DNA of 64,000 bases. Source: Nitrospirota bacterium. GTDB lineage: Bacteria > Nitrospirota > UBA9217. The translations under genes and the position numbers were made by a program. The stretch spans positions 64,001 to 128,000 of the forward strand of contig CAVWHO010000020.1 in NCBI GenBank assembly GCA_963754875.1. The letters are read 5' to 3'. Below the pieces are notes generated by a model that saw nothing but the letters and a program-made list of their open reading frames with translations, ran no database searches and was not told the DNA's origin. This document shows, piece after piece, positions 33,184 through 42,629 of the stretch (the stretch's first letter is position 1; the number at the start of each line of letters is the position of its first letter).

Positions 33184-35058
33184 ATGGATCAATACCAGGA
33201 ATTTTCCATCGCGACCGATGCGCAATCAATGCTGAAAAAGGCCCACGACGACGGTGTGGCAACCGCATGGGACCGGGCCAGGAAGCAACAACCGCAGTGT
33301 CTGTTCTGCAAATCAGGGTTGTCATGCCGTGTATGCGCCATGGGCCCCTGCCGGATCGATCCCCACGGTAAAGGCGCGCATTACGGTGTATGCGGAGCTG
33401 ACGCCGATATCATTGCGGCGAGAAACCTGTCAAGGATGGTTGCGGCCGGTTCCGCAGCCCATTCGGACCACGCCCGCGACCTTGTCGAGGTGCTGTATAA
33501 CGTGGGCAAAGGTAAGGCAGCGGGATATGCGATAAAAGACCCGGAAAAACTGAAGAGGGTTGCAACTGAATACGGCATTTCGATCAACGGTCTCAGCGAC
33601 AGGGAGCTCGCGGTCAAGCTGGCGGAATCAATGATGGAAGATTTCGGGATGAAGAAAGGACGGGTGACCTTTGTCAGCAGGGCGCCGAAGCAGCGAATAG
33701 AGCTCTGGGAAAAATTGAACGTCGTTCCGCGCGGGATAGACAGGGAGACCACTGAAACGATGCACCGCACGCACATGGGCGTGGACAACGATTACGTTTC
33801 TCTTTTGCTTCACGCGGTGAGGAACAGTCTTTCCGACGGCTACGGGGGGTCGATGATCGCTACTGAATTGTCCGACATCCTCTTCGGGACGCCGAAACCC
33901 GGTCTTTCCACGATCAACCTGGGGGTATTGAAAGAGGATCACGTCAATATCCTGGTTCATGGCCACAACCCCGTCGTGTCCGAGATGATCGGGCTGGCGG
34001 TTGAAGACGGCGAAATAATCAAACTAGCGCAGTCGAAAGGTGCAAAGGGCATTAACCTCGCCGGTCTGTGCTGTACCGGCAACGAACTCTTGATGCGGAA
34101 AAAAATACCCATGGCCGGCAATCATCTCATGACCGAACTGACGATAGTCACCGGCGCCGTTGAATCTATCATCGTGGATTACCAGTGCGTCATGCCTGCC
34201 CTCGCGCAGGTGGCGCATTGTTATCACACAAAGCTGTATTCCACCTCTAACAAGGCAAAATTTCCTTTTATGGAACACGTTGAATTCAACCCTGAGAACG
34301 CAAAGGAACAGGCCTTCAAAGTGGTACGGGCATCGATAGAAAACTATGCCCGCAGAAACAAAGACAGGGTATCCATCCCCGTTTCTCCGGTCAAGAGTAT
34401 GACCGGATTTTCCGTGGAGTCTATCGTTGGAGCGCTCGGCGGAAGCCTCACCCCGTTGATCGATGCGATCAAAGCAGGTAAAATAAAAGGAGCAGTGGGT
34501 GTGGTCGGATGCAACAACCCGAAGATAAGACAGGATTACGGTCACGTAGGGCTGATCAAACGTCTCATAGCAAATGACATCCTTGTTCTTACAACAGGAT
34601 GCGCAAATGTGGCTGCAGGAAAGGCCGGTTTGCAGATGCCGGAGGCAAAAAACCTGGCCGGTCCCGGTTTGAAAGAGATCTGCGGCCTTCTCAATATACC
34701 TCCTTCACTTCATGTCGGCTCTTGTGTCGATAATTCAAGGATCGTCGTTATCGCCTGCGCATTGGCCAATGCTCTCGGCGTTGACATCGATAAACTGCCC
34801 CTCGCTGGCGCAGCCCCGGAGTGGTATTCCGAAAAAGCCGTTGCCATTGCCTTCTATGTTATGGCCAGCGGGATTTATACCGTCCTCGGGGTGATGCCGC
34901 CCATTGGTGGAAGCACGAATGTAACGAAGCTTGCAACGTCCGGACTTAAGGATGTCTTTGGCGCCAGCTTTGCTGTAGAAGCCGACCCCGACAGGGCAGC
35001 CGATCTTATCATTGCCCACATTACCGAGAAGAGGAAGGGATTGGGTTTGAGTGCTTAG
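33184..35058 (+). CDS. cooS: Anaerobic Ni,Fe carbon monoxide dehydrogenase catalytic subunit
   Basis: B-cluster CRVCAMGPC...CG; AHSDH; C-cluster ligands HGHNP, CCTG, YQC, GCNN, TGC, GSCVD; SEKA. Confidence 0.95.
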   Translation: MDQYQEFSIATDAQSMLKKAHDDGVATAWDRARKQQPQCLFCKSGLSCRVCAMGPCRIDPHGKGAHYGVCGADADIIAARNLSRMVAAGSAAHSDHARDLVEVLYNVGKGKAAGYAIKDPEKLKRVATEYGISINGLSDRELAVKLAESMMEDFGMKKGRVTFVSRAPKQRIELWEKLNVVPRGIDRETTETMHRTHMGVDNDYVSLLLHAVRNSLSDGYGGSMIATELSDILFGTPKPGLSTINLGVLKEDHVNILVHGHNPVVSEMIGLAVEDGEIIKLAQSKGAKGINLAGLCCTGNELLMRKKIPMAGNHLMTELTIVTGAVESIIVDYQCVMPALAQVAHCYHTKLYSTSNKAKFPFMEHVEFNPENAKEQAFKVVRASIENYARRNKDRVSIPVSPVKSMTGFSVESIVGALGGSLTPLIDAIKAGKIKGAVGVVGCNNPKIRQDYGHVGLIKRLIANDILVLTTGCANVAAGKAGLQMPEAKNLAGPGLKEICGLLNIPPSLHVGSCVDNSRIVVIACALANALGVDIDKLPLAGAAPEWYSEKAVAIAFYVMASGIYTVLGVMPPIGGSTNVTKLATSGLKDVFGASFAVEADPDRAADLIIAHITEKRKGLGLSA

Positions 35059-35224
35059 AATAAGTTTAGACGGCGAGGGCCTCGACTACGCTGGGCTTCG
35101 CCAGTATCCGGTCTCTTGTGGCTAGAATTAGATATCCTCTGGGCGGCGGAAAAGACATGCACGACGGGAGCCCGGGCGGTGGATACTGAGAGATATGAAT
35201 GCCTGAACAGACCATGGAGCATGC

Positions 35225-36442
35225 ATGAGCACTGAACAAATAAAGGATAAGTTCCCAGACACCGGTGATTTTTTCCAGACGATCTTCGAAAGCAGCCCAT
35301 ACCCCATGTGGGTCTATGACCTGGAGACCATGAAGTTCCTGGCGGTCAACAATGCAACCGTGGAGCTTTACGGTTATACACGCGAAGAGTTCCTTTCCAT
35401 GAACATCAAGGAGATCAGGCCTCCTGAGGAAGTGCCCCGCCTTGTCAATATGATCTTGCGGCTCGGCATGGGAGTACAGCACTTAGGCTCCTGGAAACAC
35501 CGCAGGAAGGACGGTTCTCTCATGGATGTGGAGATCTCGTCCCATGGTATCCTCTTCGAAGGACGGAAGGCGCGCTTTGTGATCATCCAGGATGTTACCG
35601 AGCGCAAGCGGACCGAATGGATGTTGCGCGCCAGCGAGGAGCGGCATAGGTTAATCCTTGGGACAGCAATGGACGGGTTCTGGCTTGTGGACATGCAGGG
35701 ACATCTTTTGGAAGTCAATGAGGCATATTGCCGAATGAGCGGCTATAGCGAACAGGAACTGCTGGCCATGAGTATTTCCGATCTGGAGGCCGCCGAGCTT
35801 CCCGTTGAAACGTCATCACATATACAAAAGGTCGTATCCGAAGGCGAGGATCGCTTTGAGAGCGTGCACCGACGTAAGGATGGAAGCACTTTTAACGTCG
35901 AGGTCAGCGTCCAGTTCAAGCCCATCGACGGAGGGCGGATTGTCGGGTTCATGCGCGACATAACCGCACGCAGAAAGGCAGAAGAGAATCTCAGGGAATC
36001 AGAAGAGAAATTGCGTGTGCGATCGCAGGAGCTCGAGGAGATGAACAGCGCACTGAAGGTCTTACTTAAGCAGCGGGAACAGGACAGGAAAGAAATTGAG
36101 GAGAAAGTCCATACAAATGTGAAGCAACTTGTGCTGCCCTATATCGAAAAGCTGAAGAAGCGCAAGTTCGGAGAAGATGCTGCATACCTTAATATCATCG
36201 AGGCCAATCTTCATGGGGTGATATCCTCATTAGCAACGACGACGTCAGGAAAATTACGCAGGTTGACACCACAGGAACTACTCGTGGCCAATCTTATTAA
36301 TGACGGCAAACAGGATAAGGATATTTCTGAAATGCTAAACGTATCGATTCATACAATTAAAGCTCACCGAAGAAACATCAGAAAAAAGCTCGGCCTTACC
36401 AAGGGAAAAGCCAACCTACGAACTTTTCTTTCTAACTTATAA
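35225..36442 (+). CDS. PAS-PAS-LuxR transcriptional regulator
   Basis: Two PAS domains; LTPQE...GKQDKDISEMLNVSIHTIKAHRRNIRKKLG HTH. Confidence 0.85.
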   Translation: MSTEQIKDKFPDTGDFFQTIFESSPYPMWVYDLETMKFLAVNNATVELYGYTREEFLSMNIKEIRPPEEVPRLVNMILRLGMGVQHLGSWKHRRKDGSLMDVEISSHGILFEGRKARFVIIQDVTERKRTEWMLRASEERHRLILGTAMDGFWLVDMQGHLLEVNEAYCRMSGYSEQELLAMSISDLEAAELPVETSSHIQKVVSEGEDRFESVHRRKDGSTFNVEVSVQFKPIDGGRIVGFMRDITARRKAEENLRESEEKLRVRSQELEEMNSALKVLLKQREQDRKEIEEKVHTNVKQLVLPYIEKLKKRKFGEDAAYLNIIEANLHGVISSLATTTSGKLRRLTPQELLVANLINDGKQDKDISEMLNVSIHTIKAHRRNIRKKLGLTKGKANLRTFLSNL

Positions 36443-36681
36443 TATTAGTCCGTATAGCTATTATATAGTTAATAATATCCCCTAGAATCCTCGAACTTAC
36501 TGATTATAATAATGTTAAGTATGGTTAACTGAGAAAAAATACCTCAACGCATCTTTGGCTAACTTCTGCAATCTTATAAAGACTTGTAAAAACATTGGCT
36601 TCTAGGGATTGCCATGCACGTTATCATGAAAATTTTTATAACGTGGGCTGACTGCATTTTATAAGTATAGAAGGATCTATC

Positions 36682-37362
36682 GTGAGAAAGCCAAGGGTCG
36701 TCATTTTTAATGATAGTGGGCATATTCAACGTGAGCTGACAACTTTTTTTCATAACTGCGGCTACGAAACTTTTATTGCAACGGAATCTATCAGATGTCC
36801 CGTTTATGATAAAAATGAGAACAAAACCTGCCCTGGCCCCGTTCTCTGCGGCGATATCATGGTCGCAGTCCAAGATGTAGAGCAGAGTAAGAGTGTCGAC
36901 CTATTCAATAGGCAATTGCGGATCGGATGCAAACTGACATCCCGTAATAAAACGATCATCACTCGTTCCCTCGTCCGTGACAGGTTTGATCACATTAATG
37001 TCGGGGGAATAACAATATTTGGAAATCCGTTCGATTTCGGCGTCTTTGCAGCTTGGGTTAAAGACTGTGAAAGCCGTATGAACCTGACGCAAAGACTCGC
37101 TGTTATGCGTCGCGCAAACAGGGATGCCTCTAGCAAACATGTCCAGTTTCGATTGCTTGATGAAGATGTTGACATCGAGGCTCAAGCAGTGAACGTAAAT
37201 AGTTGCGGTATCTGCCTGAAGATATCTCATCCGCTCAAACGAGGGCAGGTGCTTCATTTTGTGGACCAGAGTCGTCGGGCAGACGCTGAGGAGGGTATAG
37301 TACAATGGACGAAAAAGCTTGATGACGGGCGGTATCTCGCTGGAGTGACTTTCTGTGTGTAA
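36682..37362 (+). CDS. Degenerate receiver-like domain plus PilZ-like C-terminal domain
   Basis: RRANR and NVNSCG PilZ-like motifs; Cys-containing N-terminus. Confidence 0.55.
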   Translation: MRKPRVVIFNDSGHIQRELTTFFHNCGYETFIATESIRCPVYDKNENKTCPGPVLCGDIMVAVQDVEQSKSVDLFNRQLRIGCKLTSRNKTIITRSLVRDRFDHINVGGITIFGNPFDFGVFAAWVKDCESRMNLTQRLAVMRRANRDASSKHVQFRLLDEDVDIEAQAVNVNSCGICLKISHPLKRGQVLHFVDQSRRADAEEGIVQWTKKLDDGRYLAGVTFCV

Positions 37363-37428
37363 AATTCTCGGATTTTTCAATGTCCTCACGAATTCATCAA
37401 TTTACATCACGGGGAGGAGGAAACAGTT

Positions 37429-37743
37429 ATGGCGGCACTAGAGACGGTTAAGAACATAAAAGAGTCTATACGTAGAGCTGTTACAACGCAGCAAATAGAA
37501 TTCACATTCCGTGCTCCGGAAGCCAAAAAAGTATATATTGCAGGAACATTCAATGACTGGAATACGAAATCAATGCCTATGAAAAAAAGCAAGGACGGAA
37601 CCTGGCGAATTATGGTCAAACTTTCTCCCGGGAGGTACGAGTATAAATATTTCGCAGACGGAATGTGGGCACAAGATATTCCCGGCGCAGAATTGGCTCC
37701 AAATCCTTTCGGCACCCAAAATTGCGTTATTAATGTCGAGTAA
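37429..37743 (+). CDS. Glycogen-binding (CBM48/AMPK-beta-like) domain protein
   Basis: APEAKKVYIAGTFNDW, GRYEYKY..DG.W, NPFG..N. Confidence 0.85.
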   Translation: MAALETVKNIKESIRRAVTTQQIEFTFRAPEAKKVYIAGTFNDWNTKSMPMKKSKDGTWRIMVKLSPGRYEYKYFADGMWAQDIPGAELAPNPFGTQNCVINVE

Positions 37744-37772
37744 GGGCTACCGATAGTGTTACAGACAAGATT

Positions 37773-38069
37773 ATGAAAAAAGAAACCCCTTTTGCGGACG
37801 CGCGCAAGACGGCAGTTTTTACGACGCGGGACATCGTCGAAGAAGGTAAGCCTATCTTGTTTGTCACTCACGATCCTGACGATGGGGCGTGGGAGTTTCA
37901 CACGAGGAAAACAGTTCCGGCCTCTGAAGCCAAAGTCGTCGCTCTGGATGAAATCATCTTCCGTGACCCCAGCGTAGTCGAACTGGCTGACCTGCCACTC
38001 GGGTGGTCAGCCATTCGAGATTCAATTATATCACCATGGAAACGGCAACCAATTTTATCAAGCGCTTAA
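37773..38069 (+). CDS. Hypothetical protein
   Basis: PILFVTHDPDDGAWEF...LADLPLGWSA.R; protein-like ORF following the CBM48 gene. Confidence 0.7.
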   Translation: MKKETPFADARKTAVFTTRDIVEEGKPILFVTHDPDDGAWEFHTRKTVPASEAKVVALDEIIFRDPSVVELADLPLGWSAIRDSIISPWKRQPILSSA

Positions 38070-38138
38070 CATGGCGTTACACCCTAGGTCGAACACGCTA
38101 CGGCGCGGCTTCTGTGCTTCATTATTCGCAGAGAGAAT

Positions 38139-38417
38139 ATGCCAAGGACAACATTTAAGGTTGTGGAAACCTTTAACATCAAGGGACACGGTGTAATCCT
38201 CGTGGGGGACAAGTCATTTTCTGATTTTCACGAAATCAAGTCGTGCGATATCGAAATCATCACGCCGAACGGAGATGTCCTGAAGGGCGTTGCCTTCAAG
38301 GAATGGCTCCTTGGTTCATCGACACCTCAGCCGAATGAGATAGAAGCATTCTTTATCAGAGGAATGAAAAAATCTGAAATTCCGATAGGTTCTATGGTCA
38401 GAGTCAAACAAGAGTAA
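38139..38417 (+). CDS. Hypothetical protein (EF-Tu domain-2-like beta barrel)
   Basis: FKVVETFNIKGHGVILVG resembles translation-factor barrel starts. Confidence 0.55.
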   Translation: MPRTTFKVVETFNIKGHGVILVGDKSFSDFHEIKSCDIEIITPNGDVLKGVAFKEWLLGSSTPQPNEIEAFFIRGMKKSEIPIGSMVRVKQE

Positions 38418-38605
38418 GTCACCCACCAACCAGTAAACATCTTAATAGTTGCGCCAAGTCGTTATGCATATTTAACTAGTAATTCACAATAATTTTAAAT
38501 TGTAAAATTACGGCTTAGTATGCCTCGCAGATATCCTAATTTGACTGTATTAAAAAATATCTGTGATAATTTGTACTGCGACGTCCTTCCTGAAGCTGGT
38601 TAACT

Positions 38606-39061
38606 ATGAAGAAAATTAGCCGAATCAGTTTTGGAGGCACGGCTGCGATTGTAACCAGTATGGCCCTGATCACTGGCCTCAACGCAGTTGGGACGGGCAA
38701 ATCCGCCCTCATTACCGCTCTCCTGATTGCCGCGCTTGCGGATAACCTCACCGATTCATTGAGCATCCATATTTATCAAGAGTCTGAGCGACTTGATGAA
38801 CGAGAGGCGTTCATCGGCACGTTGTCGAACTTTACCACACGGTTGTTAGGCTCCCTCAGCTTCGTATTAATAGTCGTTGTATTCCCGCCTAACATTATTG
38901 TCCTAGGATCGATTGTCTGGGGCATGTTATTTTTAGGCGTGTTATCTTACCTTCTTGCACGCGAAAGAAACGTTGGGATTCTCTCAGAAGTTATTAAACA
39001 TCTCGCTGTGGCAGCAGCTGTCCTTATCATAAGCAAGTCCATTGCCTATCTCTTAATCTGA
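38606..39061 (+). CDS. VIT1/CCC1-like membrane protein
   Basis: SFGGT..IVT, LADNLTDSLSIHIYQESE; five hydrophobic helices. Confidence 0.6.
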   Translation: MKKISRISFGGTAAIVTSMALITGLNAVGTGKSALITALLIAALADNLTDSLSIHIYQESERLDEREAFIGTLSNFTTRLLGSLSFVLIVVVFPPNIIVLGSIVWGMLFLGVLSYLLARERNVGILSEVIKHLAVAAAVLIISKSIAYLLI

Positions 39062-39190
39062 TGTTTGCCATACTTCCTAAAGAATCGATTCAGGGCTAAG
39101 CAGTCTTGGTCACTATCGCGTTAGCTTTACCCCACTTTAATTCGATGAGGCATCCTGTCTGTAGGCTGCTGCGGATTTATAAAAACATCC

Positions 39191-39720
39191 TGAAATACCC
39201 AGCAGCTCTGCTGCTGGGATGAAAAGGATATCCTGACGAAGTCAGGATGAGAATCTGTTACAATACGGGCCATGAGCCCATTGAGAAGAAGCAAACATAG
39301 CGTCTATGATCTGAAGTACCATTTTGTATGGATACCAAAATATCGAAGGAAGCTGTTCAGCGATCGAATGACGACGAGACTGAAAGAGATATTTCGTGAG
39401 ATCGCAGAGCGATATGAATTTGAAATAGATACGATGGAAGCAATGGATGATCATGTGCATTTGTTTTTGGTTGTGCCACCGAAGTATGCTCCAGCGAGGG
39501 TAGTACAGATAATCAAAAGCATATCGGCAAAGATGATGTTTCGAGAATTCCCCGAGATAAAGAAAAAACTTTGGGGAGGAGAACTCTGGAATGACGGCTA
39601 CTTTGTCCGTTCGGTTGGCGACAAAGTAACGGCTATATTCGGTATCAGCATGATGAGCAAGTTGGCTTTAGGTTCTAGCGCATTTAGGATGCCCCGCAGC
39701 TCTGCTGCGGGGTAATTCAC
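39191..39720 (+). mobile_element. IS200-type insertion sequence
   Basis: Matching subterminal hairpins cccagcagctctgctgctggg and ccccgcagctctgctgcgggg flank tnpA; ends in ttcac. Confidence 0.85.
39272..39715 (+). pseudogene. tnpA: IS200/IS605 Y1 transposase TnpA with damaged C-terminus
   Basis: YHFVWIPKYRR, DHVHL (HUH) and LWNDGYFV present. The YIRYQ helix is out of frame. Confidence 0.8.
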
Positions 39721-39899
39721 TAATCGATAACTGCAAAGTACATTTGCAATTGAGGCTTAATAACATTCTTATAACTGCTATAATAATACCGTCCGGTAAA
39801 GAGCCGAACCGCTACGCGATAGGTTGCACTGTCGTATTGCAAACCGTTGGCTTTTAAACGCTGGAACGCTGCATTTCAGGATGAACATCAGGTGAACTC

Positions 39900-40103
39900 A
39901 TGAAAGCGCTGCTTGCGACAGATGGGTCTCAATACTTCGCATGTGCGGCGCAATTCCTGACTCGTATCAAGTGGTCCCAAGATGATACCATACCGGTATT
40001 TCACGTTATTTTAGCGGTCGAGTTCCGAAATGACGTGAAGTTCAGCATCATAGCTTTGTCCGACCCGGCCCGGCTTTATAATACTGAAAGGAGAATGAAA
40101 TGA
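39900..40103 (+). pseudogene. Universal stress protein N-terminal fragment
   Basis: MKALLATDGS start, then divergence. Confidence 0.5.
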
Positions 40104-41212
40104 ACGGGACATTGTCTCAGGGCTCATGGAAAATCGGAACGATCATGGGAATACCTATCCGGGTGCACTTCTCATGGTTTATCGTCTTTGGTTTGATAAC
40201 TTGGTCTCTCTCGACGTTCTACTTTCCCGAGGCGGCGCCGAACCTTCCGGCCGCATCGTATTGGGTCAAAGGCGTTCTGGCAGCGCTCCTGCTTTTTGCC
40301 TCCGTCGGTTTCCACGAGCTTGCCCATTCTTTTGTGGCAAAGAAATACAAGATCTCCATTGAGAGCATTACGCTCTTCATATTTGGAGGCGTTGCGCAGA
40401 TGAAGGGTGAGCCGCCGTACCCGAAGGCGGAATTCAGAATCGCAATTGCCGGCCCGCTTTCAAGCTTTTTTCTTTCCGCTCTGTTCTTTTTTCTGTCGAT
40501 GACTGCCGCAGGCGGGACCAAGGCCCTTTTTTCCTATCTTGCGCAGATAAATTTTATCATCGCGGTGTTCAATCTCATTCCCGGTTTTCCGATGGATGGC
40601 GGCAGGGTGCTGAGGTCCGCAATCTGGAAGAAAAAAAAGGACTTTTTTTACGCGACCCAGAAGGCGTCGAACATCGGGCGGAAGATCGCTGTGTTTTTCA
40701 TTTTTTTCGGGCTCTTCTCCGTTTTTACCCGCATGCCGGGTGGGTTGTGGCTGATGCTCATCGGGTGGTTCCTTTACACCGCCGCCCAGTCAAGCTATCA
40801 GCAGTCCACCCTTCAGGAGAGCTTGTCGGGGATCAGGGTCAGGGACATCATGGTGAAGGATATTTTGACGCTCAGCTCGTCCGTGACCATCGACGAGGCT
40901 GTGAACGGCTATTTTCTCAGATACGGCTACGGCGGATTCCCCGTCGCTGATGATGGGAAATTTCTCGGCCTCGTGACCTTAAAAGAGGTCAAGGATGTCC
41001 CGAAAGCAGACTGGGGAACAGTGAAGGTGATTGACGTTTTAGTTCCCCATGACAGAAGATGGGAGGTCTCTGCTGAAGACGACATCATGCGGGCCCTTGA
41101 GATAATGATCCGAGAAGACAAGGGAAGGCTGGTCATTATCGAAAACGGCAGGCTGAGCGGCCTGATCACGAGAAACGGCATTGCTCGGTATGTGCAGATA
41201 AAGGGGAAATGA
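40100..41212 (+). CDS. M50 site-2 protease with CBS domains
   Basis: HELAH, IAIAGP, FNLIPGFPMDGGRVL, C-terminal CBS pair. Confidence 0.92.
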   Translation: MNGTLSQGSWKIGTIMGIPIRVHFSWFIVFGLITWSLSTFYFPEAAPNLPAASYWVKGVLAALLLFASVGFHELAHSFVAKKYKISIESITLFIFGGVAQMKGEPPYPKAEFRIAIAGPLSSFFLSALFFFLSMTAAGGTKALFSYLAQINFIIAVFNLIPGFPMDGGRVLRSAIWKKKKDFFYATQKASNIGRKIAVFFIFFGLFSVFTRMPGGLWLMLIGWFLYTAAQSSYQQSTLQESLSGIRVRDIMVKDILTLSSSVTIDEAVNGYFLRYGYGGFPVADDGKFLGLVTLKEVKDVPKADWGTVKVIDVLVPHDRRWEVSAEDDIMRALEIMIREDKGRLVIIENGRLSGLITRNGIARYVQIKGK

Positions 41213-41775
41213 TGCCGGCGAGCGAAAGAAATAATAATATTCACGCACGGTTTCTGGTGAGCCGAGTCATGCTTCGCGCCCTGCTTCCGGCACCGACGTT
41301 GTGGGTGCCCACTGGAGGTGATGCCGAGTTGTGATGTTGCGGTGTAGAAACCCAGCTCCGCGTAGACGCGGAATTCGCTACATACCGTCGAAGACCGCAC
41401 GCTTCGCACGCAGTGAACATCTGCGGGACGTAATCTCTAGTATTTCTCAACTATTCATATCAGCTCAGCGCGGTTACACATTTGTAAGTGTATCTCTTAG
41501 TGATACTGATTCTGATCGAGGTGCAGAATATCGATTGAAACATGTAGTGTGATGTACATAATGAATCATGATGTAGACTGAATGAATGTGCAGAATAACA
41601 TCTTGTTTCATTTACATGAGGTCTACGAAGAAGACAAGCTACATGGAAGAACAGATTGCCTATGCTCTGAAGAAGGTTGCTACGCGCACGTCAGTTTAGG
41701 GGGTCGTCAGGAAGATAGGATTTCGGCTCAAATCAAGATGCCGTTTCTAAAAAGCAATCATAAAGCATATTTTTT

Positions 41776-41908
41776 GCTCTATGGGTGCTGTATGAGAATT
41801 ATAGGTGTAAGTCTTTGAAAGATTGGCGGGAGAGCATGAGAATCGAAATTATGCCTGTGCCTAATTTATCAATGAGTTAAAGACTTATACGGTATGTTCA
41901 CGGTATGA
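41776..41908. repeat. att junction 3: 24-bp tRNA-Sec 3'-end copy (41824-41847) with arm repeats
   Basis: gctctatgg and gctgtatga at 41776 and 41787; tatcaatgagtta at 41867; acggtatgt and acggtatga at 41889 and 41900. Confidence 0.9.
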
Positions 41909-42417
41909 AATTCATTTCCAGATCCACTGACATCACTCCCGCGAAATCCATCCACCCGGTTACCTCAGTATCGTTGCTCTTGTTAGAACTGATAGCAAGA
42001 AAAGCCCCTAAATGTCTGTTCTCATAATATCATTCGGAGCAGTGACTTTTCTTACTTGCCACTTGTACTTATAACGGCAAAAAATCCAGATGCCCAAGCA
42101 TCGACAGTTACACCTGCTACACTCACAAACTCACTGCCTGTCTCCCCTGTAATATATGCCTCGTCGTTCTTTTGCATCTAGTAGAGTCGACCTGTTTATA
42201 CGGGTGGTAGTATGGATATTCCTTGTTCTCCCCATCCACTCTTGCCGCAACTCCGCATGAGGTATTTCCCTGCAATTTTCGCAGCACCATCCCGTGCTTG
42301 CACTCAGAGAGGAGGGGCTGTTCTCCGTGCGCAGTCAGTGTTCGTCCATTTTCCACGAACTTGAAACCCCACATCTTTTGTCTTATCGCGATCTTACCTT
42401 GTCGGTTAAGCGCCATC

Positions 42418-42552
42418 AGAAAAAACCTTTTCACAGTGGAAAACGAAATTGCTTCAATATTTCATTTTGAAAAGAAGGATGTTGCAGTTCCCTCTAGAAC
42501 CTTCAAGATATCAGTTAGTTGAGAATCGCCATGGTCGGGCACACCTATTGCA
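42418..42552 (+). promoter_or_regulatory. Sigma54 promoter with putative upstream activator sites for tcdh
   Basis: GGcacacctattGC (GG-N10-GC, 42538-42551); imperfect palindrome ttttcacagtggaaaa; IHF-like tatcagttagttg. All conserved in a second copy at 56704-56839. Confidence 0.8.
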
Positions 42553-42629
42553 ATATTATGCAAACAGGAACGGCGCTTAACAGGTAGCTTCATCAATTTG
42601 GGTCCAAAAAAAAGGACAAGGAGGTTAAG

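Larger units (their letters stand above)
29571..41847. mobile_element. Genomic island B (about 12.3 kb): CooS and mixed cargo, no integrase seen
   Basis: Bounded by identical 24-bp tRNA-Sec 3' copies. The gctgtatg arm motif lies inside both ends. Confidence 0.8.

Noticed and set aside
39272..39715. TnpA as the enzyme mobilising the islands
   Set aside because: Y1 HUH transposases act on their own hairpin ends, not on tRNA att cores, and this copy is damaged.
41220..42400. Possible integrase remnants beside junction 3 (also 9190-9600 and 56850-57360)
   Set aside because: No R-H-x-x-R-H-Y type motifs or long ORFs were recognisable by eye; a tblastn search is needed.
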